Of a stretch of 64,000 nucleotides of DNA, positions 51,799 to 64,000 are shown piece after piece. The DNA is taken from positions 205,158,001 through 205,222,000 of the forward strand of contig OX597815.1 of NCBI GenBank assembly GCA_951406725.2. Reading direction: 5' to 3'. The position numbers were made by a program, and so were the translations under genes. A model generated the notes under the pieces. It saw only the letters and a program-made list of their open reading frames with translations. It did no database searches and was not told where the DNA came from. Positions within the stretch are counted from its first letter, which is position 1; each line of letters begins with the position of its first letter. This stretch comes from Octopus vulgaris (Eukaryota).

Positions 51799-52282
51799 AT
51801 CACAGGGATCTACCTACCGTAGATAAAACAAAATGCAGGTTTGTTTCTGGGCGTAAGATAAACAGACGCTTATCTCTCACAGGTAGAAAACGTGATAACT
51901 GTTTATTTGAAACTGAACCCAGTACTGCAAACCAGCGAATCATTCGCTAATTTCCTAATTTCCTTCTGCAACATACATTAGTTAAATTATTAGCACACCT
52001 GGTACCTACCTACGGTTAAGTGGATACATCTAGCTATACGATAAATAAAGCTACCTATTAATTTGTTTAGAGCATATAACTTTTACTAAAAGAAAGCAAT
52101 TTAAGTCTATACAATCTAGAAAATTCTTAAAAATTCTAATTTTTGCTTTTTAAAATCAAAATGTATCCGCATAGGTGGAATCAAGACTGTCTAGTTTTTA
52201 CTAGCATCGAATCGTATGTAATAATGGGGTAAAACCAAATAATGATATTTTGAAATATGTACGTTTCGGGTTTGTGTAATAT

Positions 52283-52632
52283 CACTTTGATCACTTTGAC
52301 CGACCAGTCCGTCAGGCGTCCATTTGACACCGCTGGTCACAGCACGCTGTCCACTCCTCTCTGGATCGCGGCTTTCTCATCCACGTGACCCCAATCGTCC
52401 TCCTGAAGTCGTAATTCTACCGTCGTGGAGGTCTTCTGAGTGGTCGTTTCCGCTCACGCGGGTACCACTCGACAACTGCGTGCGTCCACCGATTGTCGGT
52501 GAGCCAGGCGACGTGTCCAGCCCATCTAAACTTGCTGCGTGTATACTCTGCGATGACATCTCTCACGCCGGACTTCTTTCTGATGATCTTGCTACTTATG
52601 TGCTCTCTCAACGAGATACCAAGGAAATGCAT
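52283..52632 (-). pseudogene. RTE-clade LINE 3' fragment (ORF C-terminus plus short tandem tail), inserted in a small inverted-repeat element (~52220-52740)
   Basis: REHISSKIIRKKSGVRDVI...KFRWAGHVAWLTDNRWTHAVVEWYPRERKRPLRRPPRR is a characteristic RTE C-terminus. Tail (CAAAGTGAT)x2. Confidence 0.85.
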
Positions 52633-53114
52633 ACATTACGTAAACTTTCCTCAGTTAAAGCATTTTATTGCATATTTCGCAAACCTCAAACGTACGTATT
52701 GAATTATTTCAAAATATCACTATTTGGTTTGATTTCATTACTACAACTACACACACAATTTCTGTCTATTAAATTCATTGGTCCAGTTGCCCAAAGTACC
52801 GTGAAGATGGAACTGAACCCAGAACCACGTGGTTAAATAGTGAACTTCTCAACACAGCCATGTACAAACAGCATGATCAAATTATAAAGAAATTTGCTTC
52901 ATATTCACGAGGTCCCGGGTTCAATCCCTCGGCATGTCGTCTTGGGTGTTTTTTTATCACGTCATGTCGACCTAAGCCTTGTCAGTGTGACTTGAGGGGA
53001 AACTGTTTAGAAGCCTATCTAATGGATTGTATCTGCAATTCAAAGGTGCAGCCTTGTGGCGCGCAATTCTGCTTGAAAATTGCATTGTCATGTGCCTTTG
53101 GAATATTTAGCCAA

Positions 53115-54219
53115 TGGGTAGATAATTCAGTTTGGTCGAATGACTGAATACTCGTCGTCGAACACGACGGAGATCCATCCACTACTAAATTCGTGTTTAT
53201 CTTAACTATCTTTGGAATACTTAGAGCCCGTGGGTAGATCATTCAGTTTTGATCGAACGACTGAATACTCGTCGTCGAACACGACGGAACCCCCTTACTA
53301 AATTCGTGTTTATCTTAACTATTATTGAAATACCTTGCCCGTGGGTAGATCATTCACTTTGATCGAACAACTGAATACTCGTCGTCGAACACGACGGAGA
53401 CCCATCCACTACTAAATTCGTGTTTATCTTAACTATCTTTGGAATACTTAGAGCCCGTGGGTAGTTCATTCAGTTTTGATCGAACGACTGAATGTTCATC
53501 GTCGAACACGACGGAGACCCATCCACTACTAAATTCGTGTTTATCTTAACTATCTTTGGAATACTTAGAGCCCGTGGGTAGATCATTCAGTTTTGATCGA
53601 ACGACTGAATGTTCATCGTCGAACACGACGGAGATCCATCCACTACTAAATTCGTGTTTATCTTAACTATCTTTGGAATACTTAGAGCCCGTGGGTAGAT
53701 CATTCAGTTTTGATCGAACGACTGAATACTCGTCGTCGAACACGACGGAAACCCCTTACTAAATTCGTGTTTATCTTAACTATTATTGAAATACCTAGCT
53801 CATGGGTAGATCATTCAGTTTTGATCGAACGACTGAATGTTCCTCGTCGAACACGACGGAGACCCATCCACTACTAAATTCGTGTTTATCTTAACTATCT
53901 TTGGAATACTTAGAGCCCGTGAGTAGATCATTCAGTTTTGATCGAACGACTGAATACTCGTCGTCGAACACGACGGAAACCCCTTACTGTTTATCTTAAC
54001 TATTATAACTCATGGGTAGATCATTCAGTTTTGATCGAACGACTGAATGTTCATCGTCGAACACGACGGAGATCCATCCACTACTAAATTCGTGTTTATC
54101 TTAACTATCTTTGAAATACTTAGAGCCCGTGGGGTAGATCATTCAGTTTTGATCGAACGACTGAATTCTCGTCGTCGAACACGACGGAGATCCTTAATAA
54201 ATTCGTGTTTATCTTAACT
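53115..54219. repeat. Minisatellite of ~111-118-bp units, about 9.7 copies, two unit types
   Basis: TGGGTAGAT starts at ~53115, 53231, 53342, 53458, 53575, 53692, 53803, 53920, 54013 and 54131. Confidence 0.95.
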
Positions 54220-54991
54220 GCTTAACGAACGAGTTAAAAAGCGCTGTCCCCTTCACTCCTCCAACATATTCTGATCCCTTCCTTCCCTTCTGCCATCGTT
54301 ACATCTCATCTAAAAAGAGTCGTACAATTTCATCAACGGCTGAAACGGCAGCAGGCAGCTTCTTGCTCTGCCCTTGTGTTAGATTAGTTCCATTAGAATG
54401 AAGACGAAGCGGCTTATCTCTTAACAAATGCTCGTCAACTGTGAGCTGACACATAACAGGCTGTGCATGAATGTGTGTGTGTGTTTGTGTATGAATGTGT
54501 GCTGCTGTATGTGTGTGTGTCTGCTTGCGTTGTGTTGCGTTTGTGTTAAGGTGTTTGTCTATGTTTTTGCGTGCGTTGTGCTATGGTGAGTGTGTGTTGG
54601 GCTGTGTTGTGTTTGTGTGTGTGTGTATGAATGTGTGTTGCTGTATGTGTGTGTATGCATGCGTGTGTCTATGCATGTGTGTTGCTGTATGTGTGTGTGT
54701 CTGCTTGCGTTGTGTTGCGTTTGTGTTAAGGTGTTTCTCTATGTTTTTGCGTGCGTTGTACTATGTTGAGTGTATGTGTTGTGTTGTGTGTGTGTGCGTG
54801 TATGTGTGTGTGTGCGTGTATGTGTGTGTGTTTCCGCACGCGCACGTCTGCGTTTGCGTGTCTACCTTAGTCGCAAAAACTTTTACTGTACGAGCCAACG
54901 AAGCAGCCTCTGCGTGGATGATCGACCTGCTAGAAATAGCTGCCAAATTTTCCTGAAGTCACTTTTCTAACGCCTTAGAAAAGGACACTGT

Positions 54992-55281
54992 AATGTGGTC
55001 TTGGGGTCTCATGCCTTTCTCCAAATGTGGTCTTGGGGTCTCACGCCTTTCTCCAAATGTGGTCTTGGGGTCTCATGCCTTTCTCCAAATGTGGTCTTGG
55101 GGTCTCACGCCTTTCTCCAAATGTGGTCTTGGGGTCTCATGCCTTTCTCCAAATGTGGTCTTGGGGTCTCACGCCTTTCTCCAAATGTGGTCTTGGGGTC
55201 TCATGCCTTTCTCCAAATGTGGTCTTGGGGTCTCACGCCTTTCTCCAAATGTGGTCTTGGGGTCTCACGCCTTTTTCCAAA
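54992..55281. repeat. 32-bp minisatellite, 9 copies
   Basis: AATGTGGTCTTGGGGTCTCA(T/C)GCCTTTCTCCA. Confidence 0.95.
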
Positions 55282-55454
55282 TCACACTCAACCGTCTTCA
55301 GAATGGTAAAGGAAAGAACGTATTGTAATCCTCGATGCTCTGTAACAGAAAATAAAATAAAATAAAACAAAAACGAGATGGTTACGGCTGGAACGTCTTT
55401 CGAGTGTACTGGATCAGGGGTTGCCTTGGGGAAAAGAGTTTTTTGAAAAAAGTA

Positions 55455-55535
55455 GTAGGGTATGATTTGAGGGAGATTTAGCTACTATTTGTAACAACAC
55501 TAACGAATACGTAGATGCTACATCGTTGGTGGCGA
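55455..55535. repeat. Ancient dispersed repeat (GTGATTTGAGGGAGATTT.GCT.CTATTTCTAGC motif). Degenerate copies near 13730, 21080, 21330, 22730, 24430, 39795, 42890, 49140, 54920, 56620
   Basis: The degenerate motif recurs on both strands. Confidence 0.6.
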
Positions 55536-55705
55536 TGATTAGGGATTTTACTGTTTTGCCCCAGGCCAACCCTATGATCAGACTTTCCAGTCGTGACAAA
55601 CTTGTATTGTATTTTTTAGACGTAGCTTAAATAAGGGATCTTCAAATTTTCACTTTATTTTCGTTTTCAAAATTTTCTACGCTGACGTAATTTCATTATT
55701 ATTAA

Positions 55706-56093
55706 CTAGCAGTATCGCCCGGCGTTGCTCGGGTTTGTAAGGGAAATAACTATATAAGCATTTTTAGAGAGTTATAGCCAAAAAATAGCAAAAAAATGCA
55801 TTAAAAATGGAAAAAAATGATGGTAAATTTTTTTTAAATCGTTGACTCATCGTAGACATTTTTAGAGAGTTACTTCCCTTATTTAATAGCGAAAAATGCA
55901 TTAAAATGGAAAAAAAATTATGGTAAATTTTTTTTTAAATCGTAGACTCATCGTAGACGCGCGCTAATACCCAGAAGGGCTCGATATGAATCACGACTAT
56001 AAGATACCCGATTTTGGTTAAACTGCACCGCAAAATGTGGGAGTAGTTAGGAATCTAAATCGTAGGAGACGGACACACAATCTTATATAAAGA
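55706..56093 (-). mobile_element. Non-autonomous Helitron (5' type 1) with two internal units
   Basis: A|CTAGCAGTATCGCCCGGCGTTGCTCGGG ... TATATAAAGA|T. Confidence 0.92.
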
Positions 56094-56924
56094 TTTCTAG
56101 AGAAGGCAGCGGTGAGCTGGCAGAATCGTTAGCACGCCGGACAATATGCTTCGCAGCATGTTCTCTATCTTTGTGTTCTGAGTTCAAATGCAGCCGACTT
56201 TACCTTTCATCCTTTTCAGGGGTCTATGGAATAAGAACCAGTTGAGTCCCCCAATTTCAGGTCTTCTGCCTATTATAGAAAGGAATATTAATTTATCTTC
56301 CATGTTTTACTTGTTTCAATTAATAGACTGCGGCCATGCTGGGGTACCCCTTGAAGGGTTTTATCCGAACAAAACTACCCCAGTTCTCTTTTTCTTTTAT
56401 TTCAACAAAGCCTGGGGTACTAGTATCGTAGACTGGTCCCAAGCCTGGTACGTATTCTATCAGTGTCTTTTGCCGAACTGAGAAAAAACTTTCGTCATCT
56501 GCATGCAAAACTATATTATTTGAAAATAATCTGGTGAAAATTTGAAATACTTTGAAGCGGTTTTGACGAAATTTAACAAGATAGGCCCACTTTATCACGT
56601 GTTCATTTTAAAGGAAGTATGGTGTGATTTGAGGACGATTTGGTTGCTATTTCTATTTCTATGGCTGCAAATCGTGCGACCAACTCTCTCTCCTCTTTGG
56701 CTTGTGGTAGCTTAATACACAATAAGGCCTCACGCATGAGATACGAAATTGAAAAACTTTCGAGTAACTGCGATTATCCATGCTACTAGTAAACAAAATC
56801 TCCCTTAAGGCTGTATAAAAAGGTTAAAACAATGGGCGCAGGGTTAATTCCAAATAAGCTCAGTCAATCGAAATTTTTTTTGTAAAATGTAGACAAAAGA
56901 CCATTTGCAGATGAAGAGTGGATC

Positions 56925-57445
56925 TGGTGGTGGTGGGTGGCGGTGATAGTAGAAGTAGTGGTGGTGGTGGTGGTGGTGATGGTGGTGGTGGTGATGGTGG
57001 TGGTAGTAGTGTTGTAATAGTTGTGAAAGTATTAGCAGTTGTAATAGTAAGAGGAATGGTGAAGGTGGTAATAGCTGTAATAGTTGTGGAAGTATCCACA
57101 GCAGTAGTAGTAGTAGGGATGATGGTGGTGGTGGTTGTCGTCGTCGTAGTAGTAGTAGTGATGGTGGTTGTGGTGGTGGTCGTAGTAGAAGTAGTAGTAG
57201 TAGTAATAGTAGTAGTAGTGATGGTGGTGGTGGTCGTCGTCGTAGTAGTAGTAGTAGTAGTAATAGTAGTAGTAGTGATGGTGGTGGTGGTCGTCGTAGT
57301 AGTCGTAATAATAGTAGTAGTAGTAGTAGTAATAGTAGTTGTTGTAGTAGTAGTAGTAGTAGTTGTAGTAGTTGTAGTAGTAGTAGTAGTAGTAATAGTA
57401 GTAATGGTGGTGGTAGTAGTAGTAGTAGTAATGGTGGTGGCAGCA
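56925..57445. repeat. Imperfect (GTA/GTG)n array
   Basis: Directly visible. Confidence 0.9.
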
Positions 57446-57721
57446 GCAGTTGTGTTTTTAAACGTAACCAACATCTTCACATCTTGCTTCGCTCTCATCA
57501 TCCTCCGCACACACACACACACACAAACATACATGCATTCACGCGCACACGCATACACACGCATACGCATACACACACATACGCATACACACACTCTTAT
57601 GCCCAACCCTGGTCCCTTTGCAGCCCGCAACGATTTGTAAAAGGTTTTGCTTGAGGAGTGGGAGGAAGAATTAAACGACGGCTGGAGAAACCCACAGTAC
57701 TGGCTGACTGCCGGAAAGAGT

Positions 57722-57925
57722 GAGAGAGACAGAGACAGAGAGAGAGGGAGGGAGGGGTATCGACATAGAAAGAAAGAGAGAGGGGGTATCGACATAGAAA
57801 GAGAGAGAGAGGGAGGGTATCGGCATAGAAAGAGAGTGAGAGAGAGAGGGGGGTATCGGCATAGAAAGAGAGACAGAGAGAGAGAGAGAGAGGGGTGGAT
57901 ATCAGCATAGAAAGAGAGAGAGAGA
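57722..57925. repeat. GA-rich minisatellite, GG(G)TATC(G)(A/G)CATAGAAAGA(GA)n, about 5 copies
   Basis: Directly visible. Confidence 0.85.
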
Positions 57926-60374
57926 GCTTCAGTTAATTCCTTAAAGCACGAGGTAAATACACAGGGGACACTTTTTTTTCAACTTGACAACAAATAACTG
58001 TGATCCTACGACCGTCATCGACCTCCGTTTTACCTCCAGATTATACCATGAAGTACAGATCAGGTTAGCTAAGAGTTTATATTTGAATTTAAATCCATTT
58101 GGTTTTTCTATTGTCGAGTGGAATATTTTTTCTTTTTGTTTTCTTTACTTAAAAGTTCGCCAAAAGTTGATAGTAAGAATGCTTATTGTAATCCTTGTAT
58201 TTTCTTTGACAAACTATTGTAACTAATGCTTCCGGGAAAGGTATGAACGGCACACAATCTACCCGCACACCTCTTCGTCCTTTTTTTTAAATGTGTGCAT
58301 TTGTACCGCATATACGAACCTCACAGTTAATTTAACGTATTTCTGATTTCGAAATTAGAAGCACCAAGCATCAGACAGCATAATGCAAAGCCCATAGTTT
58401 GGTTTCTCCTCCACTTTATTTTACCGTGTTCATGAGACGGATTTGGATTTAATTTCCTAAACTCAAAACCTCGCTTTGTTTACTGGTGTAGATTTTATAA
58501 TTGCCATTAAGGGCAAAATGCATTGTCAACCGCCGGCGTGACTCGATCTCAGCTATCGGACTTCTTCCAGATGCACCTTTCTCAGGATTTTTATTTACAC
58601 GGATTGTGGGATAGGATGTTGCGGCATTCAGGGCTTTTCCAAGTATATTTAGTACCTATTAAATTTGGTTCTTGCTATTTCAGTAAAATGTCCATATCGC
58701 AAATACGTATTTATTTTGATCTGTTTGTTACAAGTCTGTTTTGTGCGGAGGTTTCAAAGTCGATCGATACCAGTGAATTATTTATTGCTACTTAATTCCT
58801 TAACTGCTATTTGTAGAGATTGAATTGGAAACTTTTGCATTTAGCTTGGAACATGATAAACTGACCTAAGTATATGAGGTACTAGTACCAGTATATGACT
58901 GTTTATTTTATAAGCAACGATCACCTTGGAATTATTTAGAAGGAAAAAGTCACCGGTTTTTGCACCAAATCATAGTCATTGAGTGCAAGCCATGTAATAA
59001 GCCACTTAAAATATATTATTCAATTATTTCAAATACGATAAATATTATCGTATTTAAATGAAATGTTTTTTTACTCGTCAAAATTTTGACTTTGTATCCT
59101 TTGTCGGTGTTTCTAAAGACAGCCTGGGCCTTAGATGTAATTCTGTGCCACATGTCACTCTTACGGCTCTAGATATAAATAATAAATACGAACAACAAAT
59201 ATTAAAAACAAAATTACCCTAAGCAACTTAGCCGAACGTGGGATCATCCCTGCAAGTTTACATAAAATATTAGTTAAAAATGTTTAAGCAGGTAAATACA
59301 TTTATAAGTAACTCGCTTTCCATTTTGTCTGCCGGGACCATGGGGCGATCTGAATTAGAGGAGATGGAGAGAATGTTATAATGAATTGTAGTTATTTTAC
59401 GGGCCCCGGGGAGGGCAACGTCGACCCCACCGCCGGATTTCACTCATAACGTGAATTATAGCAATGTAAACAATGATTTGTAACGAGGCCAGGACATACT
59501 TGTGGAGGATACGTGAGAGTATAGTAATAAATTAAGATCGATGCTATCGATTTTATTTTATCGACAGCAGTAGATTAGATCGAATCTAGTAATTGACGAG
59601 TTTTTATTTCGTCTGCATTTTACGACTAGGGAGACGTCGTTTGACCAGCTGTAAAAATCTTCTCCCATATTAAATCCGATCTATTTTACACATGGAATGA
59701 TAGATTAAATATCGTTATCCTAGATGCATATACGTCTATGTGCGTGTGTTTTTGTTCACCACCATAGCTTGACAACCCGGTGTGTTGGTTTGTTTACGCC
59801 CCCGTAACCTAGCGGTTCGGCAAAAAAGAGGTGGGTAGAATAAGTACCAGAGGCAATCTTTCGTTACAAACAGTACTTATACCGTAATTAAGCCAATACC
59901 AGACTTTAAAAAATACATAACAGTTCCCACTTGTTCGGCTAAGCCCTTGAAGGCGGGTGCCCCAGCATGACCGCAGTCCTATGACTGAAAGAAGTAAAAA
60001 ATGATCGACGCTTTCATATATACTTTAGTTTTGCATACGCTGTTTGTATTTATTAATTCGTTTTGCAAGGTTCCTGATGTGAAATCGTGTGTTGAAACAG
60101 ATATTGTTGTGACTCTCCCGAAATACAATTTTGTGTTTATTCCATTTTGTCAATTTGCTAATTGAAACAGAAAAAAAAAAATAATATCCAACCCGTTTCG
60201 AATGCAATTAATTTACTAAATTAAATTTATAAGGTGACTTGAACGAGAGTGAGAGAGGGCATGTTGTGTTTGTAATAGTGGGTTGGTTGGCTGGCTGGGT
60301 GGGTCGCTGGTTGGTGGTGAAGGTTGTTTGTGATCTGCATTTGGGTAACCAACGTGAACATGTGCGCTGAGGAA

Positions 60375-60386
60375 TGCGCATGCGCA
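60375..60386. promoter_or_regulatory. Perfect NRF1-type palindrome TGCGCATGCGCA, candidate promoter element
   Basis: Exact motif in apparently unique sequence, with ATTGG (CCAAT) motifs at 60543 and 60581. No transcript evidence. Confidence 0.35.
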
Positions 60387-61128
60387 ATGGAGAACTTAAG
60401 AGATTGCGTGAGATTAGGTGGAGGAAGAGAGTATTAAAGGTAGCTTTAAAGAGTTGTTGTGGTGGGGGATATACGGGACTGTTTACGAAACGGAGAAGTA
60501 TATTTGGTGAAGTAAAAAGAGAGAAGAATGCATCGGTATGACATTGGTAGTGTTTAGTTTTCAGTGGGCTCTTAAACGCGATTGGTGGGCTTAGCTCGTA
60601 GGGTTCAGCAAGGCTAACTTGCCCTAGATACTGTGAATGAAAGCGAAATATGTATTAAAAGACTTTTAAGAATACACAGACAGTGCGTCTATATACACAA
60701 ACATACACATATATGTATGTATATATATATATATATATATATAGATAGATAGATTCAAATGAATATGGCACTTAATTTAGATGCACCAGAATTTTTTATA
60801 TAATAATAATGAAATTATTGTATACTGTGCTCAGGTGCACCACAACTTGTCAAAAGTGTGTATAAAGCATATAGAGTAATGTACAAATGTCTGGAAAGTG
60901 AACAGTGTATGAATCAGATAGATGCTTGCGTGTGTATGGAGGGAAGCATCAACTCCACTGCTCAAATGGTACTTATTTTAGAGACCCTTTTATGGTGTTA
61001 CCCATAAAAATATGCGGGGTGATTATAATTATAATTAAAAAATAAATCTGCTGTAATATTTACAGCTTTTAATAAAATGTTGTAGTATGAAACAATTGTA
61101 CTAAATTACCGGATTCATTCTTGTTGCT

Positions 61129-61219
<91 letters not shown>

Positions 61220-62045
61220 TCTAAATAGCGTTTTGGGGTTAATTTTAAATTTAAGTCGGCGCGCCTATCATCGACTTTGTTTCCTCATAACTCATTTTTA
61301 AATAAAATTTTGCAGCGATACGTCTCTGAGGGTTTTGATAAAATTTAGAAAAATAAAAAAGTTTGACAAGAGTTTCAGATTGTTCCTACCCCTTCCTTCT
61401 CCTTTCCAAATTTATTAGCACCAGTTTCTCTAACTTGAGGGTTCTTCACTTTTCTTTTTTCTAGATTTATTTGTATTTCTGCAAAAATGTGATTCAAAAA
61501 CACGCTTTTTTCACGAATTATGAGCAAATGAATTTGATAAGGGATGAAAATGATTCGAAACTCCTTTCAAAAATGGGGTTTTTTGTTGTTTTTTTTGCTA
61601 TTAACAAATGTTATCAACGTAACCATAATCTACTCTCACGAAAATGAACATCTTTAAAATATCACTAAAAAAATATGCTTTTTTTTTTTCAAAAAGTTTT
61701 GAGGAAAGGAAAGTCGACTTTGGGGTTCAGGAAGGCTAAACTTGCCCTAGATAACTTTGAATGAAAATGAAATGTGTATTAAAAGACTTTTAAGAAATAA
61801 TCGACAGTGCGTCTGAAAATACACACATAGACATACGGTGTGCCCCTATCTCCCACTTTATTTCATTATAAGTTTCTGGAAAATGTGGGTTTTTGAATTA
61901 AACTTTTGCAGTCTTGGTCTGTACCCAGAACCATATGGTTCTGGGTACAGTTCCACTGGGTGGCATCTTGGGCAAGTGCCTCCTGTAGTAGATTTGGTAG
62001 ACAGAAGCTGGAAGAAAGCCCGTCGTATATATATATAAATCCGTG

Positions 62046-62070
62046 CTGCATATATATGCTTATATATATA

Positions 62071-62104
<34 letters not shown>

Positions 62105-62433
62105 TATATATATATATATATGCATATATATATATATGCATATATATATATATATATGCATATATATATATGCATATATATATATATATGCATATATATA
62201 TATATGCATATATATATATATGTATATATATATGTATATATGCATATATATATATATGTATATATATATGTATATATATATGCATGTATATATGCATATA
62301 TATATATATGTATATATATATGTATATATATATGCATATATATATGCATATATATATATATATATGCATATATATATATGTATATATATATGTATATATA
62401 TGCATATATATATGCATATATATATATATATGC

Positions 62434-62492
<59 letters not shown>

Positions 62493-62500
62493 TGCATATA

Positions 62501-62561
<61 letters not shown>

Positions 62562-62582
62562 ATATAATATATATATATATTA
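62046..62582. repeat. Long (TA)n array punctuated by GC/G (ATATATGCAT-type), ~540 bp
   Basis: Directly visible. Confidence 0.95.
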
Positions 62583-63457
62583 TTAAATTAGAGATAAAAC
62601 CACTATTAGGCATATCAAACAGTGAAAATCATAATCCAATACATAGAAATAAAATAAATTAAAAAATATAAAATATAAAAATCCAATTAAAATATTTAAA
62701 TTAAAGTTAAAATTTTAAAAAAATTATTTAAATTAATAAATTAAACTTATGAATTTTAAATATATATATATATATATTTTTATTGTTATTTTATTTATTT
62801 ATTTTATTTTATTTTTATTTATTTTTTAATTTTAAACTATCAAAAAGGTATTAAAAAGTTCAATATAAGATAGATAGATAGGTAGACACACACATAAACA
62901 CATATGTAAGCATATTAGTTCGTTTGTTTTATGTCCATTTTTGCACGGCAGCATGGGTTAGATGACTCCGACATTGTTTTTCATTTGGATGCTCTTCTAT
63001 CGCTAAAGCTTTATCTTTTTTTCCAAGTGACTGATTCAGTCACACCAACCAACACAACATACCAGCATCTCCACAATCAATTCCAACATACAATACCACC
63101 ATCCCAATATTCTTTCACCACCAATCGACATTTACTTATCCATCCCGTCTTTGTAGGCATTGTTTTAGATTTTTAGATTTCCAGTGATTAGTGTAGTAGT
63201 TTACGTGTGTGTATACTTACATATACACACGAATATGTGTTCCAGGGTATGAGAATGCCTTATTGGAAACAGACTGTGTAAGGTTCAGATGATGAAGAGT
63301 ATGTTTAGAAGAGTGGTAGGCCAAAACTGTTTATGCAACTGAGAAGGAAGAATATTTGGCAAAGTGAGAATATGTTGTGTGTGTGTTCATTTATTCTTTT
63401 ACCTGTTTCAGTCATTAGACTGCAGTCTTGCTAGGGGTACCACCTTGAACTTTTAAT

Positions 63458-63828
63458 AGGCGCAGGAGTGGCTGTGTGGTAAGTAGCTTGTTTACCAACC
63501 ACATGGTTCCGGGTTCAGTCCCACAGCGTGGCACCTTGGGCAAGTGTCTTCTACTATAGCCTCGGGCCGACCAAAGCCTTGTGAGTGGATTTGGTAGACG
63601 GAAACTGAAAGAAGCCTGTCGTATATATGTATGTTTGTGTTTGTCCCCCTAGCATTGCTTGACAACCGATGCTGGTGTGTTTATGTCCCCGTGACTTAGC
63701 GGTTCGGCAAAAGAGACCGATAGAATAAATACTGGGCTTACAAAGAATAAGTGCTGGAGTCGAGTTGCTCGGTTAAAGGCGGTGCTCCAGCATAGCCGCA
63801 GTCGAACGACTGAAACGAGTAAAAGAGA
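63458..63828 (+). mobile_element. SINE family A, full length
   Basis: AGGCGCAGGAGTGGCTGTGTGG...GAGTAAAAGAG. Confidence 0.9.
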
Positions 63829-64000
63829 AGGAGTCAACCCCACTCCTTTTTTTTTTTTTAAACGTCTGATACTTACTCTTTTGGTCCTTTTTGCTTACGG
63901 GGGATGTAAAATCCCACCAATACATGTTGCCAAGCAGTGATGGAAGACACAGACACACTCACATATTCTTTTATTCTTATATATGTTTCGGCCCAAAGGC

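Noticed and set aside
53115-54219. Regular repeat array with hairpins resembling CRISPR or a ribozyme array
   Set aside because: There are no unique spacers and no cas genes, the context is eukaryotic, and no CUGANGA hammerhead core appears on either strand.
54992-55281. 32-bp repeats of CRISPR-like length
   Set aside because: The units are contiguous with no spacers.
58455-58660. Open minus-strand frame (VLNILGKALNAATSYPTIRV...) as a possible exon
   Set aside because: It has no recognisable domain, no convincing splice donor and no partner exons.

Overview
This is AT-rich, repeat-saturated eukaryotic non-coding DNA, either intronic or intergenic. The SINE families and very high microsatellite density point to a cephalopod, probably Octopus; this rests on my recognition of the repeats and is not database-verified. 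I see no intact host protein-coding gene, rRNA, true tRNA or CRISPR array. Almost all ORFs in the track are translations of SINEs or microsatellites. The window contains at least four tRNA-derived SINE families (called A-D here, dozens of copies). It also holds a decayed Helitron Rep/PIF1-helicase relic at ~46.9-48.6 kb, four to five non-autonomous Helitrons with TC...hairpin-CTAG ends, and hAT, mariner/Tc1 and Merlin-like MITEs. Smaller components are RTE, CR1/Jockey-like and probable Dong/R4 LINE fragments, Penelope-type hammerhead-like motifs, a near-perfect 386-bp palindrome, two minisatellites and many microsatellites. The most interesting signals are mechanistic: (1) SINE-B multimers and their target sites share a GGTA junction; (2) two templated insertions were copied from nearby DNA, one preserving the empty pre-insertion site of a Helitron; (3) a Helitron carries a piece of the palindromic element; (4) a minisatellite arose from a SINE 3' tail; (5) several unusually long local direct duplications occur. 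I cannot support a claim of a new gene system here.
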